This document shows, in pieces, positions 19,139 through 28,549 of a DNA stretch of 64,000 nucleotides. Location: assembly GCA_963746865.1 (NCBI GenBank), contig CAVVDB010000003.1, forward strand, positions 585,549 through 649,548, given 5' to 3'. A model generated the notes under the pieces. The model saw only the letters and a program-made list of their open reading frames with translations. It searched no databases and had not been told where the DNA came from. A program made the translations under genes and the position numbers. The stretch is from an uncultured Chloroflexia bacterium. GTDB lineage: Bacteria > Chloroflexota > Limnocylindria > Limnocylindrales > CSP1-4. Position 1 is the stretch's first letter, and the number at the start of each line of letters is the position of its first letter.

Positions 19139-19510
19139 ATGGCCGAACCCACCACCGTCGACGAGTACCTGGCGACCCTGGCCACCGATCGGCGCGCCGG
19201 GATGGAGGAGATCCGAGGGGCGATCAAGGCGGTCGTGACCGAGGATGATGCGACCGAGACGATCGCTTACAAGATGCCGGCGTTCCGGAGTCCGGACGGC
19301 CGCTTCCTGGTCTCCTACGACGCCTTCAAGAACCACTACAGCCTGTTCCCGGCCAGCGACGCCGTGGTGACCGGGCTCGGCGATCGGCTGACGCCCTACC
19401 TGGCGGGCAAGGGCACGATCCGCTTCCCCGCCAGCCGGCCGATCCCGACCGACCTCATCACCGAGATCGCTCGCATCCGGCTCGTGGAGCACACCGCCGA
19501 CCGCGGTTGA
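19139..19510 (+). CDS. DUF1801 (YdhG-like) domain protein
   Basis: TVDEYLATL...IAYKMPAF pattern. Confidence 0.65.
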   Translation: MAEPTTVDEYLATLATDRRAGMEEIRGAIKAVVTEDDATETIAYKMPAFRSPDGRFLVSYDAFKNHYSLFPASDAVVTGLGDRLTPYLAGKGTIRFPASRPIPTDLITEIARIRLVEHTADRG

Positions 19511-19561
19511 CCGACCCCGGTCGGCTGACCCCGGTCTCCGCGCGGGAGGCGCACTGCTAGG

Positions 19562-20740
19562 ATGCCGATGGTGACCGAGTCGACGCCGCCTACGTATCGA
19601 CTGACCGAGGAGCAAGTGCTCCTCCGCGACGCCGTCCGCACCCTCGCCGACGAGCGAGTCGCGCCGCGAGCCGCCGACATCGATCGGACCGGCGAGTTCC
19701 CCCAGGACATCCGTCAGCTCCTTGCGGCCCAGGACATCCTTGCGCTGCCGTTCCCCGCGGAGTACGGCGGGCTCGGTGGGGAGCTGCTCACGCTGTGCCT
19801 GGCGATCGAGCAGCTGAGCCGCGCCTGTGCCACGACCGGCCTCATCCTCGCGGTCCACGGGCTGGGGGCGCTGCCCCTCTTGATGGCTGGTACGGAAGCA
19901 CAGAAAGCGCGCTTCATCCCGAAGCTGGCGTCCGGGGAGCAGCTCGTGGCCTTCGCCTTGACCGAAGCCGACGCCGGCTCGGACGCGGCGGCCATCCGAA
20001 CCCGAGCCGTCCGCGACGGCGACGAGTACGTCATCACCGGTTCGAAGCGGTTCATCAGCCAGGGTTCGGTGGCGGACGTGATCACGGTCTTCGCCGTCAC
20101 CGACCCGGCCGCGCGCAAGCATCGCCACCTGTCGTGCTTCATGGTCGAGGTCCCGACCCCCGGCTTCGCGGTCGCTCGTGTCGAACACAAGATGGGCCTG
20201 CGTGGCAGCCCGACCGCGGAGCTCGCCTTCGATGGCGTGCGCGTCCCGGCGGCTAACCTCGTCGGGGACGAGGGCGACGGGTTCAGCCTCGCGATGGGCA
20301 CCTTCGACCGGAGTCGGCCGGGGATCGCCGCACAGGCGGTCGGGATCGCCCAGGGCGCCCTGGAGGCGGCCACCGCATACGCCAAGGAGCGCCGCCAGTT
20401 CGGCAAGCGGATCGGCGATCACCAGATGGTCAGCGCACTCCTCGCCGACATGGATGCCGCCACGGAGGCCGCCCGTCAGCTCCTCTACAAGGCGTGCGTC
20501 GAGATCGACACCGGATCGCCCGACGCCAGCCGCTGGGCGGCGATGTGTAAACTCGTGGCCGGGGATGCCGCGATGCGAGTCACGACCGATGCGGTGCAAG
20601 TCCTGGGCGGTTACGGCTATATCGATGAGTTCCCGGTCGAGCGGATGATGCGCGACGCGAAGATCACCCAGCTCTACGAAGGAACGCAACAGATCCAGCG
20701 GCTGGTCGTGGCGCGGGCATTGCTCGGCAAAGGCGACTGA
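19562..20740 (+). CDS. acyl-CoA dehydrogenase
   Basis: ACAD N/M/C domain motifs (ALTEADAGSDAAAIRT, ITGSKRFISQG, GGYGYIDEFPVERMMRDAKITQLYEGTQQIQR). Confidence 0.9.
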   Translation: MPMVTESTPPTYRLTEEQVLLRDAVRTLADERVAPRAADIDRTGEFPQDIRQLLAAQDILALPFPAEYGGLGGELLTLCLAIEQLSRACATTGLILAVHGLGALPLLMAGTEAQKARFIPKLASGEQLVAFALTEADAGSDAAAIRTRAVRDGDEYVITGSKRFISQGSVADVITVFAVTDPAARKHRHLSCFMVEVPTPGFAVARVEHKMGLRGSPTAELAFDGVRVPAANLVGDEGDGFSLAMGTFDRSRPGIAAQAVGIAQGALEAATAYAKERRQFGKRIGDHQMVSALLADMDAATEAARQLLYKACVEIDTGSPDASRWAAMCKLVAGDAAMRVTTDAVQVLGGYGYIDEFPVERMMRDAKITQLYEGTQQIQRLVVARALLGKGD

Positions 20741-20768
20741 GCGCGCGCAGGGAGGGTACCTCGGCTTC

Positions 20769-21563
20769 GTGCGCATCGTCGTTCTCGTGAAACCCGTCCC
20801 GGACCCCGCGTCCGCGGGCGAACGCCTCGGCCCGGATAGCCGGCTGGACCGTGCCGCCGTGCCGGCCGTCGTCAACGGCAACGACGAATACGTCCTCGAG
20901 GCGGCCCTGAAGCTCGTCGAGGCGTCGGCGGTCGAGGGCGAGATCACCCTCCTGTCGATGGCGCCGACCGAACGCCCCCGAGACGCTGCGCAAGGCGCTG
21001 GCGATGGGCGCGCATCGAGGCGTCCACGTGACCGACCCGGCGCTGGGCGGCTCATGCGCGGTCTCGACCGCGAAGGTCCTGGCGGCGGCGCTTCGGACGC
21101 TCGAATTCGACATGGTGTTCGCGGGCGTCGACGCCTCCGACGGCGTCGGCGGGATCGTGCCGGCGGCGGTGGCCGCTCATCTCGGGCTGCCGTATCTCTC
21201 GTCGGCCGCGCGGATCGAACCCGATCTGTCGACGCGGAGCGTGCGCGTCCGGCGCATCAGCGCGACCGGCTACGACCTGCTGGAGGCGCCGTTCCCGGTC
21301 GTCATCAGCGGGACCCAGGCGCTTGGCGAGCCGCGCTACCCATCGCTCAAGGGGATCATGGCCGCGCGCGGCAAGGAGATCGTCACGCGATCGCTGGCGG
21401 ACCTGGGCGTGGATGCTGCCGGGGTGGGCGGTGCCGTGGCGACCACCACGGTCCTCGACAGCCGGAGCCGCCGGCGCGCGGCGCCACGGAGATCGTCCGC
21501 GGGACGCCGGACGAGGGTGCCGCGCGGATCGTCGACTTCCTCGTCGAGCGGCGGATCATCTGA
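20769..21563 (+). pseudogene. etfB: electron transfer flavoprotein beta subunit EtfB, two frameshifts (+1 at C5 run 20975-20979, -1 near 21462)
   Basis: MRIVVLVKPVPD... in frame 0, ETLRKALAMGAHRGVHVTDP...YPSLKGIMAARGKEI... in frame 1, ...PPARGATEIVRGTPDEGAARIVDFLVERRII back in frame 0. Confidence 0.8.
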
Positions 21564-22543
21564 TGAGCGTGCTATGGGTCATCGCGGAGCCGGGACCGGA
21601 TGGCGGGCTGGCCAACATCAGCGCCGAGGCGGCGACGCTGGCGCGCGAGCTTGGGCGCGGCCACGGGACGGGGCGTCGAGGGGATCGTCGTCGCGGCCGA
21701 TCCTGCGGCCGCCGCCACGGACCTTGCCACCTACCTGCCGGTCGTCCGGACCGTCACGGAGCCGACGGCCGCCGAGCACGCCTGGTCCGCGGTAGCCGCC
21801 GGCCGCCTCGCGGGCCTCCTCGCGACCGAGACGCCCGATGCGATCTTCGTCGGGGCCGGGGCGGACGGCCGCGATCTCGCCGGGGCCCTCTCGGCACTCA
21901 CCGGTCTGGGCGTCCTGGTCAACGCCACGGCGGTCACCTGGGGCGACGGCGGTCCGGTCGTCGACATGAGCGTGTTCGGCGGCAAGCTGACCACGACATC
22001 GGGGTTCACCGCGGGGCGCGGCATCATCACGGTCCGCCCGAACGTCACGACCGCGGTTCCGGCGGCCTCCGCCGGGCCGGGTGGAGGCCGCGGCCGTCGC
22101 CGACGCCTCGCCACTCCCCGCGGTCCGCGTCATCGACCGCGTCAGTGAGGCCGGCGCGGCCGCCCCGATCGAGGAGGCGCGGATCATCGTGGCCGGCGGT
22201 CGCGGGGTCGGTGGCCCGGACGGCTTCGCGATCGTCGAGCAGCTCGCCGACGCGCTCGGCGGCGCGGTCGGGGCCACGCGGGCCGCGGTCGATTTCGGGC
22301 TGGATCCCGTACAGCCAGCAGATCGGCCAGACCGGCAAGATCGTGAAGCCCGAGCTCTACCTCGCGCTCGGGATCAGCGGCGCCATCCAGCACAAGGTCG
22401 GGATGCGAACGTCTGGCGCGATCGTCGCGGTCAACCGCGACGCCGACGCCCCGATCGCGGAATTCGCGGACCTGTTCGTGGTCGGCGACCTGTTCGAGGT
22501 CGGCGCCGCGCTCGTCGACCGCCTGCGCGCCCGGTCGGGCTGA
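21560..22543 (+). pseudogene. etfA: electron transfer flavoprotein alpha subunit EtfA, three +1 frameshifts (~21660, ~22080, ~22300)
   Basis: Conserved EtfA segments are distributed over three frames: MSVLWVIAEPGPDGG.. / ..GVEGIVVAADPAAAA..ITVRPNV.. / ..RIIVAGGRGVGGPDGFAIVEQLADALGGAVGATRAAVDFG / WIPYSQQIGQTGKIVKPELYLALGISGAIQHKVGM... Confidence 0.8.
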
Positions 22544-22566
22544 GCGCACGGCCGGGTCGGGACCGC

Positions 22567-23118
22567 ATGGAACTCGCCATCCTGCTGCCGATCGCGGCGT
22601 TCATCGCCCTCGCGGCCGGCCTCGCCGTCGTCCTGCGCGGGACCGGCAGGATCGTCGCCAGGACCCGGGAACTCGAAGGGTTCAAGGGTGCGGTCAAGGA
22701 TCTCGCGGCCCGGGTCGACGTCTCGCTCGGCGGCGCCGCGGGCCAGATCGATGCCGTGCGCCGCCGCACGGTCGGTCCCGACACGATCGGCGACACGATC
22801 GTCGCCGCCACCGATGCCGTCGAGCGCTACACCGACGAGGCGCGCGCCCTCCACGGGCCACGCGCCGCCCAGCCGATCCAGGCCGAGCTGGTCGCCGAAC
22901 TGGAGCGGGCACAGCGGGCCCTCGGGATGGTCGAGCATGGCGCGACCATCCTGGTCATGGCCCGCCGCGGCCCGCGCGAACTCGAGGCGCAAACCTCGAT
23001 CAAACGCGGCTATCTCAACCTGATCCACGCCCGCGAGGCGATCGCCCGGTACGCGCTTGAAGCCCAGGACCTGGAGGGCGAGGAAGCCACCCAGCGAGCC
23101 GGTCGCCGAAGCGCCTGA
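22567..23118 (+). CDS. hypothetical membrane-anchored protein
   Basis: 183-aa ORF, N-terminal TM LAILLPIAAFIALAAGLAVVL, coiled-coil-like remainder. Confidence 0.45.
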   Translation: MELAILLPIAAFIALAAGLAVVLRGTGRIVARTRELEGFKGAVKDLAARVDVSLGGAAGQIDAVRRRTVGPDTIGDTIVAATDAVERYTDEARALHGPRAAQPIQAELVAELERAQRALGMVEHGATILVMARRGPRELEAQTSIKRGYLNLIHAREAIARYALEAQDLEGEEATQRAGRRSA

Positions 23119-23135
23119 GACTGCACCGGACCACA

Positions 23136-23180
23136 CCATCTAGTGGTATCCTCGCCCCATACCACTATCCCTAGTGGTGT
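23136..23180. promoter_or_regulatory. two overlapping NrdR-box-like palindromes upstream of nrdR
   Basis: TAGTGGTAtcctcgccccaTACCACTA and ACCACTAtcccTAGTGGT; resemble the NrdR box core CACtA..TAGTG. Confidence 0.5.
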
Positions 23181-23197
23181 CAGCCGACAGGAGTGCG

Positions 23198-23707
23198 ATG
23201 CGCTGCCCCCAATGCGGCGAGCGGGAGACCCGCGTCGTCGACTCGCGCGACCTCGACGATTCGGCCACCATCCGCCGGCGCCGCGAGTGCGCCGCGTGCA
23301 CCATGCGGTTCACCACCTACGAGCGAGTCGAAGCCGCCAGGCTGGTGGTCGTCAAGCGTGACGGGTCGCGCCAGGAATTCGACCGCGAGCGACTCGTGTC
23401 CGGGCTCCGCAAGGCATTGACCCGCCGGCCTGTTCCCGACGGCGCCGCCGAGGCCGCCGCCGAGGCGATCGAGGCCGAACTCCGCGCCGCCGGTGTCACG
23501 GAGATCCCATCGTCGCGCATCGGCGCGCTCGCGATGGAGCAACTTCGCGGGATCGACCAGATCGCCTACATCCGGTTCGCCAGCGTGTATCAGAGCTTCG
23601 AGGACCTCGAGGCGCTCAAGCGCGAGGTCGACACCCTGTACGCGGAGCGCGGCGAGACGGTCGCCATCGACCTGCGCGACCCCAGCGTGCGGCGGACGCT
23701 GGCGTGA
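23198..23707 (+). CDS. nrdR: transcriptional repressor NrdR
   Basis: Zinc ribbon MRCPQCG...CAAC plus ATP-cone; AGGAG 4 nt upstream of ATG 23198. Confidence 0.9.
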   Translation: MRCPQCGERETRVVDSRDLDDSATIRRRRECAACTMRFTTYERVEAARLVVVKRDGSRQEFDRERLVSGLRKALTRRPVPDGAAEAAAEAIEAELRAAGVTEIPSSRIGALAMEQLRGIDQIAYIRFASVYQSFEDLEALKREVDTLYAERGETVAIDLRDPSVRRTLA

Positions 23708-24303
23708 GCGTCCTGTCCGATCGGGATATCCGCGCGGCCCTCGAATCCGGCGCCGTCCGCATCGACCCGTACGATCCGCACGACCTCCAGCCGTCGTCGG
23801 TCGATCTGCACCTCGACAAGAGCTTTCGCGTCTTCCGAAACAACCGCTACCCCTACATCGACGTCCGCGCCCCGCAGCCCGACCTGACCGAACTCCTCGT
23901 CGTCGATGAGGACGAACCGTTCATCCTGCACCCCGGCGAATTCGTCCTCGGCCAGACGCTCGAATGGGTCGAGTTGCCGGACGATCTCGTGAGCCGCTTA
24001 GAGGGAAAGTCGAGTTTGGGGAGGCTCGGGCTGTTGATCCACTCGACGGCGGGGTATGTCGACCCGGGTTGGAAGGGCAATCTGACGCTCGAGTTGTCGA
24101 ACGTGGCCAACCTGCCGATCGCGCTGTACTTCGGGATGCGGATCGGGCAGATCAGCTTCTTCGAGATGTCGAGCGCGGTCGACCGGCCGTACGGGTCCCC
24201 GGAGCTGGGGTCGAAGTACCAGGGCCAGTCGGAGCCGACGGCGTCGGCCTTCCATCGCGACTTCGATGCCGGGCGGGCGACCGGGGAGCCGACGCGCAAG
24301 TAG
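23704..24303 (+). CDS. dcd: dCTP deaminase
   Basis: Dcd motifs ([20 protein letters not shown]); GTG start overlapping nrdR stop. Confidence 0.9.
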   Translation: MSVLSDRDIRAALESGAVRIDPYDPHDLQPSSVDLHLDKSFRVFRNNRYPYIDVRAPQPDLTELLVVDEDEPFILHPGEFVLGQTLEWVELPDDLVSRLEGKSSLGRLGLLIHSTAGYVDPGWKGNLTLELSNVANLPIALYFGMRIGQISFFEMSSAVDRPYGSPELGSKYQGQSEPTASAFHRDFDAGRATGEPTRK

Positions 24304-24307
24304 CCCG

Positions 24308-25186
24308 ATGGCGATGAACGATGCCGTCGACTGGGCGCGCGACCTCGGCGGCGGCGTGCGCGTCGCGCTGGTCCAGGCGGGGACCTTCCGATCGGACGCG
24401 GGGACCCTGTTCTGGCCCTGTGCCGTGGGTGCTGTGGGGCGGCCTCGTGGCCGACGAGGTCGACGACAAGCGTCGGCTGCTCCAGGCGCTGAATTGCCTG
24501 TTGATCGAGACGTCGGCGGGGCGCGTCCTGGTCGAGACCGGGATCGGCGAACGTGTCGACGACAAGACGCGGACGATGCGGGCGTACGAGGGGCCGTGGA
24601 TCGTGGCGGCCCTGGAGAAGGCCGGGTTCGCGCCGGAGACCGTGGATGTCGTGGCGATGAGCCACCTCCATTTCGACCACGCCGGCGGGCTGCTTCGGGC
24701 TGACGGTGATCGTGCGTTCCCGCGGGCCTCGATCGTGGCCCAGCGGGCGGAGTGGGAGGTCGCATTGGGCGACAACCCGCGGTTGGTGGCCTCGTACGTC
24801 CAACCCGAGCTGCGGCTCGTCCGCGACTGGGGCGCGGAGGGCTGGGCCGATGGCGAACGCGAGCTGCTGCCCGGTGTCTCCGTGGTGCCGACAGGCGGGC
24901 ACTCCGCGGGCCATCAGGTCGTCGTCGTCCGGGGTGGAGGAGCCGGCGGTCGGACGCTGGCCTTCTTCGGCGACCTGCTGATGCGGCCGTGGGCGGCCAA
25001 CCCGCGCTGGGTCACCTCGTTCGACGACTTCCCGCTGGATTCCGTCGCCCGCAAGGCCGAGCTGTTCGCACAGGCCGCGGACGAGGACTGGATCGTGGTC
25101 CTCTCACACGAGGCCACGCACCCGATCGGACGGTTGGTCCGGGATGACGTGCCGCTTCCGATTCGAGCCGGACTGAGGTGGAGGCC
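24308..25186 (+). pseudogene. MBL-fold metallo-hydrolase, +1 frameshift near 24432 (3' end uncertain)
   Basis: MAMNDAVDW...GTFRSDAGTLF in frame 2, then ...PVPWVLWGG...LLIETSAGRVLVETGIG...MSHLHFDHAGG... (HxHxDH) in frame 0; frame 0 has no stop before 25802, so a second shift or an unrecognised short C-terminus is likely. Confidence 0.55.
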
Positions 25187-26362
25187 ATGCACGACACGCG
25201 ACGCCGCTCCCGATCGCTCCTCGTCACGCTGCTCGTCCTGGTGGTGCTTGCGTCGTCGGCCGCCGCGCCCGGCAAGGTCGCCGCGGCGTTCACGATCTCG
25301 CTCAGCACGGTCGCCAGCGGCCTCGTGTCGCCGACCCAGGTCACGAACGCCGGCGACGGGACGAACCGGCTCTTCGTGGTCGAGCAGCGGGGGACGATCC
25401 GGGTCATCGAGAACGGCGTGCTGCAACCCGGCTTCTTCATGGACATCCGATCGCTGGTGGCGGAGGGCGGTGAGCGCGGCCTCCTCGGCGTGGCATTCCA
25501 CCCGAGCTTCGAGACGAACCGCTACCTATTCGTCTACTACACGCAGAACGGCGGCGACATCCTGGTGCAGCGGTTCACGACGAATGCCGCAGGCACCGAC
25601 GTCAACGAGGCCAGCGCCTGGCGGATCATGCTCATCGAGCACAGCGCGGCGACCAATCACAACGGCGGCTCGCTGGCCTTCAACCCGAAGAACGGCTACC
25701 TGTACATCGCCGTCGGCGATGGCGGCGGCTCGGGCGACCCTGGGAACGACGCGCAGGAGAAGACCTCCACGTTCCTGGGCAAGATCCTTCGGGTCAACGT
25801 GAACGGCTCGGGTGCCGGCGCGTACGGGCGCTATTCCATCCCGGCAAGCAACCCGTTCGCCGGTCCGATCACGGGCTACGGCGAGATCTGGGCCTATGGG
25901 TTGCGGAACCCGTGGCGGGTCACATTCGACCGCAGCACCGGCCACATGTGGGTCGGCGACGTCGGGCAGAACAAGTACGAGGAGATCAACCGCGAGGTGT
26001 ACAGCTCCAAGGGCGGCCGGAACTACGGCTGGAGCACGATGGAGGGCATGCACTGCTACAAGCCGTCGAAATGCCCGATGGCCGGCGACACGCTACCCAT
26101 CGCCGAATACGCCCATACCGGCGGGAACTGCTCGATCACTGGCGGCTACGTCTACCGCGGACCGACCCAGACGAACCTCGTCGGCCAGTATGTGTTCGCC
26201 GACTTCTGCAGCGGCCGCATCTGGACCATCCCGCACGCGTTCACGGCGCGGACGCAGCGCGCGGACACCAACCAGAACATCACGTCATTCGGGGAAAGCG
26301 AGGACGGCGAGTTGTACGCGGTCGCGCTGTCCGGCAACGTCTACCGGGTCCTCGCCAACTAG
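25187..26362 (+). CDS. PQQ-dependent sugar dehydrogenase (soluble glucose/sorbosone dehydrogenase-like), secreted
   Basis: Signal peptide LLVTLLVLVVLASSAAA; beta-propeller motifs GLLGVAFHP, HNGGSLAF, GLRNPWRVTFD; alternative GTG start 25178. Confidence 0.8.
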   Translation: MHDTRRRSRSLLVTLLVLVVLASSAAAPGKVAAAFTISLSTVASGLVSPTQVTNAGDGTNRLFVVEQRGTIRVIENGVLQPGFFMDIRSLVAEGGERGLLGVAFHPSFETNRYLFVYYTQNGGDILVQRFTTNAAGTDVNEASAWRIMLIEHSAATNHNGGSLAFNPKNGYLYIAVGDGGGSGDPGNDAQEKTSTFLGKILRVNVNGSGAGAYGRYSIPASNPFAGPITGYGEIWAYGLRNPWRVTFDRSTGHMWVGDVGQNKYEEINREVYSSKGGRNYGWSTMEGMHCYKPSKCPMAGDTLPIAEYAHTGGNCSITGGYVYRGPTQTNLVGQYVFADFCSGRIWTIPHAFTARTQRADTNQNITSFGESEDGELYAVALSGNVYRVLAN

Positions 26363-26368
26363 GCGAGC

Positions 26369-27067
26369 TCACCGAGCGGGACTGGGACTCGCGGTCGGGG
26401 TCGGCAGGATCGCCTCGATCTGCGCCGAGGCCGCGGCCGCATCGAGCGGCGCCCCGACGATCGAGGCGATCACCCCGTTCGGGTCGATGAAGATCTGCGT
26501 CGGCAGCCCATAGCCCTTGTACGCCCGGAAGACCTCGCCCGAGCCATCGAACCCGATCGTGTAGCCGAGCTGGTAGCGCGCGGCATAGGCCGCGACATCG
26601 GACGGCGAGGTCTCCTGGACGCTGACCGCCACCAGCTCCAGGCCCCGGTCGCGGTACTTCTCCGAAACGGACCGCAGGATCGGCACCTCCGACTGGCACG
26701 GCGGGCACCAGGTCGCCCAGAAGTTGACCCAGACGGCCTTGCCCCGCAGGTCGGCCAGGCGGATCGGCTTCCCGGTGAGGTCGGTCAGCTGGTAGGTCGA
26801 CCCGTCGGCGCGGGTGACCGCGAACTCGGGGGCGCTGGCTCCGACCTTCAGGCCGATCGGGGGCGGCGAGGAGATGATGTAGGCGGTCGCCTTTGGGTCG
26901 ACGATCCCGGGTGCGGCGGCGGTGTTGCCGAGCGGCGTCGTGACCCCGATGAGGACGACCGCGAGGATGAGGACAGCGGCGAAGGCCAGCGTGAGTTGCC
27001 GGCCGCTGAACGGCCCGACGAGCCCGTGGCGCTCCTTCTTGTGGCTGAACTCCGGTCGGTCGGTCAC
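26369..27067 (-). CDS. TlpA/ResA family thiol-disulfide oxidoreductase
   Basis: Thioredoxin fold with WATWCPPC active site; N-terminal TM anchor. Confidence 0.8.
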   Translation of the reverse strand: MTDRPEFSHKKERHGLVGPFSGRQLTLAFAAVLILAVVLIGVTTPLGNTAAAPGIVDPKATAYIISSPPPIGLKVGASAPEFAVTRADGSTYQLTDLTGKPIRLADLRGKAVWVNFWATWCPPCQSEVPILRSVSEKYRDRGLELVAVSVQETSPSDVAAYAARYQLGYTIGFDGSGEVFRAYKGYGLPTQIFIDPNGVIASIVGAPLDAAAASAQIEAILPTPTASPSPAR

Positions 27068-27886
27068 TCAGACCGCCGTGTTGAAGTTGAAGTAGCGCGG
27101 GAAGAGCGCGAGCCAGTCGAACAGCATCGCGACACCGATGAAGGCGACGAGCAGGCCACCGATGAGCGACACCGTCCGGCCATGGCGGACCAGCGGCGCC
27201 ATGACCCGCGGCGCCCGGTCGTAGACGGCGGCGATGAGCAGGAACGGCAGCCCGAGTCCGAGGGTGTAGGCAACCAGCAGGACGGCCCCCTGGAGGACCG
27301 TGCCGGTCGAAGCCGCCAGCATCAGGATCCCGCCGAGGATGATCCCGATGCACGGGGTCCAGCCGATGGCAAAGATCGCCCCCAGCCCGAACGACGCCAG
27401 CCAGCCGCCGCGCGGGTTGACCACGCGCCCGCCGATCCGGTCGCCCATCGACGGGGTCGTCGAGCCACTGGCGAGCGCGATCGAGCCGGTCGCCGAGGCG
27501 AGCGAGGTGGCGGCGCCGGTCTCGAGCGGTCGCCAGGTGCGCTCCAGGACGGGGATGTGGATGAGGCCGGCAAGGTTGAGGCCCATCACGATGAGGATCA
27601 CGCCGCCGATCATTCGGAGCGCCGGGAGGTAGTCGACCAACGGCCCCGCGGCAAAGGTCGCGGTGATGCCAAGGAGGGTGAAGACGGCCCCGAACCCGGC
27701 CACGTAGGCGAAGGCGTGGCGCATCGCCAGCCAGCGTGACGGGGTGGCCCCATTGGCACGGCCCGCCACGGTGATCGCGGTCAGCTGGCCGAGATAGGCC
27801 GGCACCAATGGCAGGACGCATGGCGACAGGAAACTGATGATGCCGGCGGCGAAGGCGACGAGGATCGTGAGGTCGGTGCCGGACAT
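27068..27886 (-). CDS. ccdA: cytochrome c biogenesis protein CcdA (DsbD-like transmembrane domain)
   Basis: Multi-TM protein with the two conserved Cys (FLSPCVLPLVP, GWTPCIGIILG). Confidence 0.85.
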   Translation of the reverse strand: MSGTDLTILVAFAAGIISFLSPCVLPLVPAYLGQLTAITVAGRANGATPSRWLAMRHAFAYVAGFGAVFTLLGITATFAAGPLVDYLPALRMIGGVILIVMGLNLAGLIHIPVLERTWRPLETGAATSLASATGSIALASGSTTPSMGDRIGGRVVNPRGGWLASFGLGAIFAIGWTPCIGIILGGILMLAASTGTVLQGAVLLVAYTLGLGLPFLLIAAVYDRAPRVMAPLVRHGRTVSLIGGLLVAFIGVAMLFDWLALFPRYFNFNTAV

Positions 27887-27893
27887 CGTTGTC

Positions 27894-28172
27894 TCAGGCG
27901 TCCAGGACGTCGGTCATCAGGCGGCGCAGCTTGGCGACGCTCGTCGCGAGCTCGAGGCGTCGGTCGCCGAGCTCGACGACCGGGATCGAGGCGAAGTAGG
28001 CACGCTCCCAGGCCGGGTCGGTCTCGATGTCGCGTTCCTGGAGCCTCGGGGAGGGGAGACCGGCTCGTGCCCGCTCCTCGAGGAGGGCGTCGAGGGCCGC
28101 GCGTGCCTCGTCGCACAGGCCGCAGCCGGGCCGGCCGTACAGGACGAGGTCGGGAAGGGGAGCGTCGGTCAT
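27894..28172 (-). CDS. glutaredoxin-like thioredoxin-fold protein
   Basis: LVLYGRPGCGLCDEA motif; start at ATG 28172 (track ORF extends to 28238). Confidence 0.6.
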   Translation of the reverse strand: MTDAPLPDLVLYGRPGCGLCDEARAALDALLEERARAGLPSPRLQERDIETDPAWERAYFASIPVVELGDRRLELATSVAKLRRLMTDVLDA

Positions 28173-28271
28173 CTCGGTCCGGATTGTAGGCGAGGGTCGC
28201 CCGAAGCCTCGATTCCGCTGCCCGCACCGGCCGATCACACGCCCGCGCCGGCCGATATGCGTCTCAGGAGT

Positions 28272-28380
28272 GAATCTGTGCCTGACTGAGCGTGGCCGAC
28301 CTCCGATCCTGTCGGAATCGGCCTATGGCCAAGCACGTAGGGTCCTGAATGTATTACTGAGCCGCATATCGGACAGCGCA
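28272..28380. repeat. intergenic repeat family, copy C (immediately upstream of tRNA-Arg)
   Basis: GAATCTGTGCCTGACTGAGCGTGGCCGACC ... GGCCAAGCACGTAGG ... GAATGTATTACTGAGCCGCATATCGGACAGCG. Confidence 0.5.
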
Positions 28381-28418
28381 GCGGGCCCGCCAGCACGGCG
28401 CGGTAGGATGGAGTCCGC

Positions 28419-28494
28419 GCCCCCGTAGCTCAGTGGACAGAGCGAGGCCGTCCTAAGGCCTGCGTCGGCGGTTCGAGTCCGTCCGGGGGCGCCA
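28419..28494 (+). tRNA. tRNA-Arg (anticodon CCU)
   Basis: Cloverleaf by hand: acceptor GCCCCCG/CGGGGGC, D-arm GCTC..GAGC, anticodon arm AGGCC-GTCCTAA-GGCCT, T-arm GGCGG-TTCGAGT-CCGTC, discriminator G + CCA. Confidence 0.85.
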
Positions 28495-28549
28495 GCTGCC
28501 GATCATGCGCGGCCGCGTCGACGAACAGCATCGTCGGCTCCCCGGTCGG

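Noticed and set aside
19507-19563. TTGACC ... TAGGAT as a sigma-70-type promoter for the acyl-CoA dehydrogenase gene, plus palindrome CCGACC-CC-GGTCGG
   Set aside because: Spacing between the hexamers is ~45 nt, incompatible with a -35/-10 pair; the palindrome (19511-19526) may simply be the terminator hairpin of the upstream DUF1801 gene.
24321-25802. 493-aa ORF running from the MBL hydrolase into the PQQ dehydrogenase gene
   Set aside because: After the MBL core the translation degenerates into Arg/Ser/Pro repeats overlapping the genuine PQQ-dehydrogenase frame; interpreted as read-through of a frameshifted gene, not a real fusion.
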